A stretch of 64,000 nt of DNA from Geosiphon pyriformis uo1 (lineage: Eukaryota; Fungi; Glomeromycota): NCBI GenBank assembly GCA_016748015.1, contig JAAOMT010000525.1, positions 255,636-319,635 of the forward strand, read 5' to 3'. Below the pieces are notes generated by a model that ran no database searches, had not been told where the DNA came from, and worked only from the letters and a program-made list of their open reading frames with translations. The position numbers and the translations under genes were made by a program. Positions 40,766 through 52,457 of this stretch are shown piece after piece (positions within the stretch are counted from its first letter, which is position 1; every line of letters begins with the position of its first letter).

Positions 40766-41190
40766 ACTTATGGATCCAAATCTATTAGTTTCTCTTATTG
40801 TTATCCCTAATTTTTTTCTGTTTCTTATTGATATTAATTAAGCTATTTTAACCAGAAGCAGGAATATTGCTTGTGCTATTTTTTTGTTTGGCTCTATAAT
40901 ATAGATTTTTTCTGAATTATTTTGTAGTATTACAATAATATTTTCCACATATTCTGTATTAATTATTCCTTCTCTAATATTGATTTTTTTTCACTAAACT
41001 ACTCCTAAATATTAATTAAACCATTGTTGTTGCTGAGATTTCCAGTGCTATTTTAAAATCAATGCATATGTATGAGTATGATTCCAATTTAATGACATCT
41101 TTCCCTAAATATCTTAGATCAAATCCAATATTGGTATTATGTATATGTTCTGACATAATACCTTCATTATTATTGCTAAACCATTTTAGT
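40766..41190 (-). pseudogene. dUTPase domain within Gypsy-2 pol (between protease and RT)
   Basis: All five trimeric dUTPase motifs in order, though eroded: IGFDLRY, FRSSLV, GIINTEYVENI, KKIAQAIF, RETNRFGS. Confidence 0.88.
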
Positions 41191-44100
41191 TTTTGCTCTT
41201 TAGTGAGATCAAAAAGTGCAATGTATTGTTCAGTGTTTGAATCATAATTTGGATTGTTGTTATTTTGGTTATCATATTAAATAGAACTGGAACCATAGTT
41301 ATTATTGTTGTTGTTGTCAAAGTTTAAATTGAAATTGAAATTTACTTTCAATTTTAATGTGCAGCTGCTGATTGGTTCTACCTTTTCTAAAATCATGTAG
41401 ATCATATGTGACGGTAGATTGTAAATGAGGTCACAATTGTTACAATATTCAAAATTAGTAAGAATTAAATCATGTTAGCATAATTTAGTATTTAACTGTT
41501 TTAGCCATTGTTTTTGCTCTTCTTTTGTTAGAACCAGTTGTTTATAGTGCTTGTAAAATTCTTTGGAATTGTCTTTAATATCATTAAAAATGTCAAAAGT
41601 TTGAATGTATTTAGGTTCTGGAAGTAATAAAAAGTTGTTTTTGATTTTTAGTAGTTTATTGGTTATTGTGTTTTCTGTTTTTGCATTCACTATTTTCCAA
41701 ATTTTATGTTTGTCATGAAAATATCTTTTTAATTGTCACAATGCTCTTTTTTATGTATTATCAATTGGAGTTTTTTTACATATCCAATTATTTATTAGGA
41801 TAGTATATTAACATGTTTTATTGCATGTTTCTCTACACTCAGGAATATTATTCTACATTCTTTTGTTAGGCAGAATGGTTTTATAGGTGAAACAAGACTT
41901 ATTTTTCTATTTTTCTTGTTTTTTTGGTCATCCAAACCATTCAAAAATGCAAGAATGACAATAGAATTTTGTTGCTGTTGAATATTTTTTATTGTCATTA
42001 CAGTATGTGTTTATTGATAACAATTTTTTGCCACAATCAACACACACCAGTTTCGGTCAGCAATAGTTAGATGATTGTGGTAAGATATAAATATATGGGC
42101 TATAAGTTGTAGTGATTACTGGTGCTGGGTCTTTTTTTTTTTGGTTTTTTCCTATCTCTAACTTGGTGTCTGCTTGTTCTGATTACTGTCAATTCACAAT
42201 ATTTAATTGGTTTTTCAGATAAGTTTTTCTTTTCACTTTTCTTTTCTATTGTTGTCCCATAAAGATATGAGCAGTAGTTTGTTGTGATTATTGTCAGTTC
42301 ATAAAACTTGATAGACTTTCCAAATAGGTTTATTTTTTTTTTCTTCCAGCTCAATCAACAGTTCCTTTTTTTAAGAGGCTTTAAAGTGATTATAGATAGC
42401 AGGTATACAAATATGCTGTCCATCAAAATTCAACTGGAGCTTTTGTGTATTCTAATCAAAAATGGCATTAGTTTTGAACAGCCAATTATTACCAATGAGA
42501 GCTTAATACTAAGTGGCTTTCATGATTAATATTTTGATAGATATAATGATGCCATTGACTTCAAACAAAAAGTTATTGATTTTACTTATTAGAGTCTTTG
42601 TCATTTTATCAGCAGTAATAATTCTGGTGTTGGCAGTGTGATCAACTCAGCAACCTAATTGGTCTATGAGTTGTCAAGTAATGATGCTGCCTGCTGACCC
42701 ACTGTTCAAAATTAACTTAATAGAATGGCCATCAGTTTTAGCATCAGTATATATTGCAGTTATGGGTTTTTTTTCAAGAGCAGCACAACTAAAAAAAAGT
42801 ATTTTAGACTGTTCCTCAAGTTTGAAGAGAAAGATAGCTGCTAATGAGTCATTATTGATGATGGTTGTTAGTAGAATGTTGTTGATAAGTGGTTTTGAAT
42901 AGATCTCTAAGTAGTTGGGTAAAATGTCTTTTGGAGTAACCAGAAGACTTAAATAGTATTGGGAACTTGGGTTTAGAACATATCTAGTTTCCAAATTTTT
43001 TGGATGTAATTCTGAGGGTTGTTGAAATGTGTTGAAAATTGGTTAATAAACAACTATAGCCAATCTTCAGTTTTGTTGGAAGATTTTCGGCCTTTGATTT
43101 CTGTTGGACACAGTTATTTGTGGTGGTGTTTGAATGAGTTGAGGTTAATAGATTAGTTGTGGCTACAGTAGTTGATATATAATAAGTGTTATTGGTTGAT
43201 ATATTGGAGGTACATATATTAGTTGTTGTGTTATTTGGATATAATTAGATTGATACTAATCTTGATTTGGATAATAATTCAAAGTTTAAAATCTGCAATC
43301 AGGATTTCAATATTGATTTCCCAATCATAGATTATTATTATATACTTGGCAGCTAGCTTTAACATGACTTTGTTTACCACAATTGTAGCAAACACACATC
43401 TCTGGTTGCCATAGTTAATTGGTTAACAATAATAAATATGCTTGATTTTGGAAACAATTTGAGTTTTTTGCATTATTACATTATTGTGGAAGTTGATAAA
43501 TTGCTTGATTGTTAGCTAAATATCTCTCAATTTTCTGATTAATTGATTTACTAAACTGTTTTAATTTGGAATCCAAGTCAGATAATTTATTCATTACTAA
43601 ATTTACAGCTTAGGCATGGTTGGCTTTTAATTCAGCTGATTCAAAATCTCTGGCATAGATAATGGTGGCTTGAAAGTTGGCTGGATATAATAAACATATG
43701 CATTGAAGGATGCTATTGTGTAGCCCACAAATAAACTAATTCAGAATCTGGGCCACTGTAAAATAATCTGCATCAATGGCTTAAATTTGGCACAGATTCC
43801 TGTGGAAGCATTCTAGATAGATAGTAACTGCTTTACTTTCTCTTTGCTTGATAATAATAAAGGTATTTGTCAAGCACTTAATACTATTATTGTTACTGAA
43901 ATATCTCAAGAATTCAAGTTTGAAGTCTTGAAAAGTTTGTGGTTTGGTAGCTAAATTTTGATATCATGAATTAACAGTATTTTAGAAAAAATAGAGAATT
44001 GTTTAGAGGGCTCTGTTGTCATTCCATCTATTGGCTGCAATGGTTTTTTTCACATTATTAAGCCATACTTGGGCATTATTCTTCTTGCTGGTAAATTTTT

Positions 44101-45116
44101 TAATTTTGGCAATGGGTGCATATATTATCAGTATTAATAGTAGTTGTTATTGCAGTTGGAGTTGGGGTTGCTGTTGCAGTTGCTGCTAGAGTGGTGGTTG
44201 TGACTGTTGCTATTGTTGTTTGGCTATTGGTGAGACTAGAGGTAGATTGATCATGATTACTAAAGATAAGTTTTTGGCAACAATAAGAACAGTATTTAGA
44301 TTGTTCTGATTTTGCTGAGTTGGAATAATCAGGGTTTAAATTTCTAGGTTTTCTAAAATCAGATTTTGCTTATTAATTTCTTGATTGTTATCTTTTTCTT
44401 CTTTGAAGTTGGTTATTTCCCAAGGACTAACAGTTCTGAAATCTGGTTATAATGATGGTAATTGAGTTTCTGATGGCATTAAAGATTGCAATTTAAATCT
44501 CTTAAAATAATCACTATATGTTTCTAATAACTCTGCTTTCTTCTGTTTACTTTGGAACAGAATTTTGTTTAGTGGTGTTGTTACGTTTACTGTAGACACA
44601 GCTATTATATTGATAGTGCTTTCAAGTGTGTGATAATATGATAGATTAACAGATAAATCAAATCTTTGTTTTTTCCAAGTGGATAGTTGAATTTGCTTTG
44701 GGGTTTCTGCTGATGTTTGTAGTCTTTCTTTTCCTTTGTCAGCAAAAGTAATAAAGAATTTTTGTTTAGTGTATTTTTCTATTTTTTTATTTATTTCTGT
44801 AATTAGTGGTACAAATAAATAATTCTGTGACAATGTGGTGCTTTGGAGTAGTTTATTAAAGAAATTGTTAAAGACAGATTCTGAATCTTTTTGGTCTTCC
44901 AAATAATATACTATTTTTTTGTTGATGTAGCAATTGAAAGCTGATTCTATTGGCCAATTATTATTTTTTAATTCAAGATAAATGTAATAATATTAAAATA
45001 AGAATTTTGTAAATTCCAAATGGTTTGTCCCTATTTTTTCAGATTCTGTCATTGTTTTGGATAGATGCTGTTGATGCTGGTTCTCTGTTGAATTAAATCT
45101 CACAAAAAGCACCAAA

Positions 45117-45919
45117 TGTTACAGGTAATTATTTGGAGTCTCAAATCAAATAACAAACCTGTAACTTGGTGTTTAATCACTGATTTTGTTTGTAATTATC
45201 TAAAGGTTTTAGTAATCTGAAGATTTTGGTTAAGTTCTATGTATAATAAACAGAGATTCAATAGTTGTTTTCAGTAGCCTCCCAGAATTGCAATTCCAGT
45301 CGGCAATTCTCTGATAAGTAATCCTTAATCTTCAAGTATTTACCTTCTTGCAGAGGTCTTTTACTAGGCAATTCTTGATATCAATAATTCAATGCTTAAT
45401 TTTTAATCAATTAGTCAACAACAAAAAATAACAAAAATAAAAAAAATAAAAATAAAAATAAAAGAATAAGCCAAAGCAATGAATATTAGTATTCTGTCAA
45501 TAGCTGTAATCAAAAGCTATTGTTCCAGTATGATTAAGTATTAATTACTATTAATATAAAATGTTGATAATGAAAATGGGGATTTAAGATAGTGAATAGT
45601 TATTTATTAATATTTGTGAATTTGAAGAATTGCTTAGATAAAATCTGAGCTAAAGATCTTGGTAAATAATTCTATCTGAAGAATTCTGTTTTTTTTTGCT
45701 TTTAATACTCTTGCTATATATACATAATTTAGGTTCTATAAAATTGTTCACATCCCTGAGCAATATGCTATAATTTCTTAAGCAATACTTATATTGCTGA
45801 ACAATATGCCCTAATTTTCTAATATTGCTCTACATTGTTAAACAATGTGCTCATATGCTAAATATTACTTTCCTATTGGTCTATATGTTTTTTTTTTATA
45901 CATTCTTTTATAAATAACA
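45117..45919 (-). repeat. Gypsy-2 5' LTR (803 bp)
   Basis: TGTTACAGG...AATAACA on the plus strand; adjacent minus-strand PBS TGGTGCTTTTTGTGAGA. Confidence 0.94.
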
Positions 45920-46999
45920 CTAAATATCACAATTTTTTACGGCTTTGGTTATTTGTACAGAATTTTTCTCAATTAAAAATGACTATTTTACAATCAACAT
46001 ATTAGCATAACTTGATTTAGCAAACTCTATTACAGCTTTCTGCCATATTTTAATCAGTTAAATTTTGATTAACTTAATCTCTTCAAATTCAGATACTGTG
46101 GTGATGATTATATTTTTAAGTGTATTTATAAGAATCTTTTTAATTACTACAGCCCAATCTGATCTTATTTCTTGTCTTTTTAGATTACTGTTTATATTAA
46201 TTCTCTTTTTCTTAACCAATAAAGTGGCTATTTCTATGTTTTTTTCTGAAGTAAAAATAGATCAGATAGTTTTTTCAAATTTTGAGGAGATAGTGGCTCT
46301 CCCAAAACCATTGACAACTGAAAAAATTTTTCTAACAAACAAAGTTTTTGCCAATACTGATTTTTTTTCTACTGCTGAGAAATTAATATCCAAAACAAAA
46401 GATTTTCTAATAGGCACTTCAATCTGAGTTTTTACCATTTTGGAATCAATTTACTTTTTGTTAAAAGAGATATTAAGAAGAAAAGGGAAATGAATCATAT
46501 TCTTATCTATTTCAAAGTCAATAGTATCAACAAAAAAACTACTAATTAAAGCATTATTGACTTTCTTAGCTTTGAGAGTTATTGCAACTAAATTGAGAAA
46601 AGAATCACTACTTAAATCCATTATAATACTACCAAGCTCATTGTTACTAAGCTTACTATTCATATCCAAATACACACTACTATTGACATTAAATTTGGTC
46701 AAAGAAATTTTTTTTTTATAATCTAAGTGCTTAATATTGCCAACAGAAACTTTTTTCTTTTAAGAAAAGTACTACCAACAGAATCATAAAAAACATCTTT
46801 TAAAGCTTTTTTCTTAGACATATTACTACTCAAAACAGCCTTCAGATTTACCACAAAAGAGTTATTAGCTTGAAAAATGTTAAAGATAATAAAGCAAATA
46901 AGATAAAAAACAAAAAACTTTTTTTTCAAAAAATTGCTCTTTGGGAAATTTGGACAAAGAAGAGAAAGAAGTGTTTTATTGCAATTTTAAATATATAAT

Positions 47000-48830
47000 C
47001 TGTTATTTTATATTAATAGTATATTAATTTTAATTTCAATATTTTTAATCATATTGTTATTGTTATTGAAATTTTTGAAATTTTTAATTATTTTAAATAG
47101 TTTAGACTAATAGTTTTAAAAGTTTTGTAAAATTTATAGTTATCTATTTATTAACTATTTATTAAATCTAAAGCATAAATAATAAATAATATAATAGTCA
47201 TTTAAAAAGTAAGAACAAATACAAAAAAAATTATTAAACAAGAAAAAACATATTTAAGTCATATTTGTTAATTATTTTCTATTATTAAGCTAATTTCACA
47301 ATTATATTTAATATTAAATTGTTTTTTAATGCTAAAAAAAACCATAAAGTATAAGAAAAATTAGTTTTTGATTTTTTTGTAAAAAATATATTTATAGTTT
47401 TTTAGTATAACTTTTTCAGAATTTACATATTTAATTAACTTTAAATTGTTTTTACATATTTGATAACTACTTTTTTTAAGCTTTATATATATTATTTAAG
47501 TTTTATTTTCTATTTAAAAATTAGAATAAATATTTTAATTTTTTTATTATATTAAGTAGTAAAAAATATGTTATGTAATTTTTTAAAAACTATTAAATAA
47601 TTTGTTAAATCTGTTTTTATTTCATTTTTTATGTAAATTATATAACCAAAAAATCTTGAAAATATTTTTTTACTATTTAAAACTTGTAGTTTTTATTATG
47701 TTAATTAGCTGCTATTGCTTTCTTAAAAATATTTAATTATTCAATTATATTTAAGTATTATTTCAGAAAAAAAATAAAAAATTGTTTTAATGTTTAAAAA
47801 CTGTTTATATTTTTTTAAAAGCTAATAAAATATTTTGATTTAAGAAATACTCTATTGTTGTATTATATTAGATATTAAAATTTAAAATAAAAAGTTTAAA
47901 TATTTGTAATATAGAAATGATTTAATAGTTTTCTTTGTTTTTAGTTTTTAAAAAGATTTTATTTAATTAATAAACAGCTATCTAATTATAAATTTAATAA
48001 TTTAAATCTTTAAATTACAAAAGTAATTATTTAAAAATAACAGAGAATATTATTTGATTAATTTAATTAATTCATTTGTTTTTGGTTTTAAAATTTTTTT
48101 AAAATAGACTTGATTAAAAAAGTAGATTTTAGCTAAATAATTAATCTGAAACCAATTTTAAAAATCTTGAAACTGTTAACTAAACTAAATTTTAATAGAA
48201 AAAAGTTAAAACAAAATAAAAAAAATTATTAATTATAACCAATAAAATAATTTTGTATATTTTGTGCTAAAAGTAATTGTTTATATGATAATAAATAATT
48301 TAAAAATTTTGACAATCTTACAAAAAACATTACTTTTATGTTATAAATTAAAATAATATGCTAACAAAAAACAAATATTGTTTAATAAAAAAATAATTGA
48401 TAATTAAATTTAACTTAAAAAGTAAATTAAATTTGTAAAGATTTAATATATAAAATTAGTTTTATAAATATTTTAATTGCTATTCTTTTTAAAAAAACTA
48501 AAGATAAAAAATAATACAGTTGTTATAATTAATAATAAGTATTATTTGTATTTTATATTAATATTTATTTAATTTATTTTAAAAAATAATAATATATAAA
48601 TTAAAAAAAAATTAAAATAAATTTTTACAGTTTTAAAAAGTTTTATTTATATATTTTTTAAAAAGATATAATAATTAAGTCAATAATTATATTAATGAGT
48701 TAATTAATAATCAAATTATAAAATTAATAATTAAGTTAATAATTACATTAATAATTTATTTTAAAATTAGAATAGTTAATATAAATAATATTAATAGCTA
48801 ATATATGTAACTAAATATAATTAAATAATC
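47000..48830 (-). mobile_element. Extremely decayed Gypsy relic (5' LTR about 48339-48830, PBS 48316-48332)
   Basis: The minus strand reads ATAACA-TAAAAG-TAATGTTTTTTGTAAGA-TTGTCAAA, matching the Gypsy-1 LTR end, PBS and leader. The left limit is approximate. Confidence 0.62.
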
Positions 48831-51800
48831 AATATAACTAAAAATTAAAAGATTTAATTATAATATTATTAATAATATTAAATTGGTTTTTTAAAAACGT
48901 AGCTTCAAATTTGTTAATTTAAAGTTAAATTTATTAATTTTTGGTTGTTTTGATTATGTTATTATTGGTCATTAAAAAAATTAATGCAAAGCTATTTTTA
49001 AATTTAGTTATTAAAAATGTAAATCAAAAATTTTAATTAAATGATTATTAATATGGTTAGAAATTTTTAAATTAAAAATAAATTTAATGTTATTTATTAT
49101 GTAATAATAATAATAATAAAATAGTTAAAAAATCAGATATTATTGTAAATAATAATGTTTTTTTCAATAAACAACTTTTTAGTAAAAAACAAATGTATTT
49201 GCAAAATAAAATATCTGTTTTTTATTGATTTAAGTAATATTAATTAGCTTAAATGGCAAATTATGTGTTGTATATACCACAATTCATGTTTAATATAGAT
49301 AAATAAATTGCCCAAAAATAGTTATTGATTAGATTACATTTACAAAACATGAAATAACTTATCAGATTTTATGTATTAAGTATTAATAATAAAATTAAAT
49401 AATTTCAATTTTTTATTTTGTTGATTGTATATATGTAATAATAATTGTATTTTGTAATAAAGATGTTGTTTTCAAAAACTGAATTACCAAGTATAAAACA
49501 TTTTTAATTAAATTAAATAAAAGGTTATGTAAAAAACTTCGTTTTTATTATTTTCAAAGCAGAATTGATTTGCAGTTTTGAAAGCAAAATTTTTAAATTC
49601 TATCACTCATAATTGAAAATAAATTTACCCCTAACTTTTTAATAATTGTTTTACATATAAAGATATTTTTACTATTTAAACAAGAAAAATAAAAAAATGT
49701 TCATACTTGTTTGAATAAAGGTAAATGTAAAAAAGCCGAATTTAAAAATGGCAAAAAATTAACCCTTTTCTCTTTCAAATAAACCCATTTATTTTTGGAC
49801 ATTCAAAGAAACTAAGGTTTTCAACTCATTTCTAAATAAAAACCAAGTTTATTTTTTTATATATGGTTTAATTTCAAAATAAGTAAAATTCAATAATATC
49901 CCATAGAGAAATTTCGCAAACCATTTAGACTATTGTTTATATTTTGATCTTAGGCTTGGGAACAAGAATATTTCCAAAAATATTTTTTTTCTGACTAACT
50001 AAAAAAAATCCCTCATCATTTTATATTTGGCTTTTAAAGAATGTGATTCTATTTTTTGGGTAGTTGTGTATAATCTATGATTTTTTATATTGTTGTTAAT
50101 GTTATTTACAACACCTTTTTCCGTATAAAATAAAAGTAATTTCAGCGATTTGAAATTTTCAAACATCTTTTTTATTCCCCAAAAAAATTACCTCATCCAA
50201 TTCTAATCGTTTATATATAGACACTCTAAATTTAAAATTTCTAATAAAAAAATATATTCTTTAAAGTAATATTTGAGTTATATTCATAGAAAATATATAT
50301 TTATAAAGCCATTTATTATCATGGAAATAAATGCAATATTATCCCACCTACTTTTGTTATTTACATTTAATAATATTAAAAACATTCAAAAAGGATAAAA
50401 CACATAATTCAAAAATTTTTCAAAGAAATATTTTGTTAGATTAAAAAGAATGAAACGAAGTAATACACACTCAGTACAGAGTATTAAATAGCTGAAATAG
50501 TGTGATACATTGCCTCTTCATCAATGTCATAAAAAATATTTAATATATGCCAAATTTTTATAATTAATGATGTTTGTCTAAATGATTTATGATAAGAAAC
50601 GCGTATCTATCAACGAAATTCACAAATGAACAAACGTCATGGTAAAAATTGAATATATTACCTGAAATCTCTCCTTAAGGAACGCTTTCATTTAAATTAT
50701 GTTTAAATGTATGGAAAATCATGTTGCCTGACAATAATTATATGTTACAGTTCATTTTCGGTTTATTCTTTGATCATTTAGGGAGTTACTTTTTGTCGAA
50801 CAAAATCTATATTTTCTAACCTTTGCATTTTTAAGTCAAAATTCAAAGGCTATTTTTGTCACAAGAGAATTTACATTGTCTCATCGTTACTGATTATTAC
50901 CCCATTTAATTTTGACCCAATTTTGTATGTATCGACATTTGGCGAGAGGTTTTGATAGGTCAAAGAACATGTGAGATTTAAAAAGGTGAAAAAATATTAT
51001 ATTTTTAACAACAAATTAAGTATTCATTATTTCCCTGACTTTTTAATGGGAAACAAAAGATGTGAATAAGAATGTTCTAGCCACATTTCTTTAAAAAATA
51101 TTTCCATAATATATTTTTTTAAGCGAAACTGATCATAAAATTCATTAAAAAGTTTCTTGGTTCAATTTTTTTAGTAATTTAATTATTTTTGTTCGAAAGA
51201 AATATCGAGACAATTTTATTCCAAAATCGTAAAGTTTAAATTACTTTTCAAAAAACCAGCTTTTTTTAAGATAAAACGGAAAAAATATTTTCCTCAACAA
51301 AACCTGTTTTACCTAGAACTAAACCAGATTTTTGTTTTTCATAATATTAATTTATTAGAAAATGAAACCAATTTTGTAATTTTTATAGCAGTAATAACTA
51401 CAATCAACTGGTTTTGCCCAAGAAGATTAACCGGATAATTAGAGAAAGGGAAATAATTTTATCTTTCAAGAATTGTTCTCGCTTTTCTTTTTTCAAATCC
51501 CCCAAATCAAAGATGTTGGAATGAAATATTTTTCGATTTTTTTTCTGATTTAAATCTTGTAGGAATAAAATAAAATTTTCATATTTAAAGATATCCAATC
51601 CATCGATCAAAACATCTAAAAAAATTTCAAAAGCCTAAGCCAATTTTTTGGAAAAGCCACCTTTAAATTTTAATTATGAAGGAGGTTTCAATATTGAGTT
51701 TTTGATTCATTTCGCAGCGCCGAAAAATTTCTTTTAAACGTATTTTCAAATTTTGTAAAAGGATTTTTTTCAGGTTTTACAGCCGAAATCTCAAAACTGC

Positions 51801-52457
51801 AGTAAAACGATTGGATATCTCAAAATTAGGATATATTTGGAAGGATAAACAGGGGTAAAACTTCCCCAACCAAAAAGCCTGTAAATAATAAAATTTTTTT
51901 ATCAAAGATCAAAAGATCTGCGGATTATCAAAAAATTTGCCCATTAACCGTCATCATCATCAATAAAATAAGCCATCAAATGGCTTGGTTCCCTTTAAAG
52001 TATTAACCGCTGAATCCTTTTTTGTAACTATAACTTAATTATCATGGCCTTTGCCCACCTTTAATTTTTGTAGGTTTAAATTGTCAAATTTCAGGCTAAA
52101 CTATTGTGAGAGAATTGATTATCAGTCATGTTGATTTTTGCCAAGTAACTGGGCTTGGATCTCAAATTTTAGATAATCAATCATTTTGTTCCATTATTAT
52201 TATTAGAGGAAAAACAGGTGGGCTTATTATATGAGTTCTCACAAAATTACCCAAATAAGTGATGAAAAGTCAAATTTAACGAAAATGAATTTTGAAGAAA
52301 GGAAGCCACAGTTTTCAAAACTGTTTCTCTAAAAAAACATATAATTTACTAGCAAAACGATTTCTTATAAAAGTAAAGCTTTCCCGTTAAATTTTTACCC
52401 ATCTCATCAAGAAGAAAAGCTTCTCTTTCTAAATCTTTTACACTCAAAGAATTAAAA

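Larger units (their letters stand above)
35114..45919 (-). mobile_element. Complete but mutated Ty3/Gypsy LTR retrotransposon with dUTPase (Gypsy-2), nested in LINE ORF1
   Basis: LTRs 45117-45919 (5') and 35114-35982 (3'); TSD CCAG/CTAA (two transitions); PBS 45098-45114. Gag about 43300-45050 with CYNCGKQSHVKASC; protease LILNSGS about 42700; dUTPase; RT 39505-40330; RNase H about 38150-38674; integrase about 36700-38050; ORF3. Confidence 0.95.
34163..46850 (-). pseudogene. LINE ORF1, split (34163-35113 and 45920-about 46850)
   Basis: Track ORFs 34675-35082 (knuckle remnant CGKCEHFGYFALEC) and 46451-46702; the stop overlaps the ORF2 start. Confidence 0.8.
29381..46973 (-). mobile_element. 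Full-length mutated LINE (ORF1 plus APE-RT-RNase H-CCHC ORF2), interrupted in ORF1 by Gypsy-2; LINE parts are 29381-35113 and 45920-46973
   Basis: Poly(A) tail (T-run at 29380-29390), 3' UTR and ORF2 domains. ORF1 is continuous across the Gypsy insertion (..KAVKNCDI[W] | [W]ALRDQFRTFLF..). The 5' end is approximate and the clade cannot be determined by eye. Confidence 0.92.

Noticed and set aside
5975-49965. Possible giant TIR pair (TGTTCCGAGGCC at about 5978 versus the reverse complement of GGCTTGGGAACA at about 49955) bounding the TE block
   Set aside because: Only about 10 of 12 bases match, there is no TSD and no transposase; compatible with chance.
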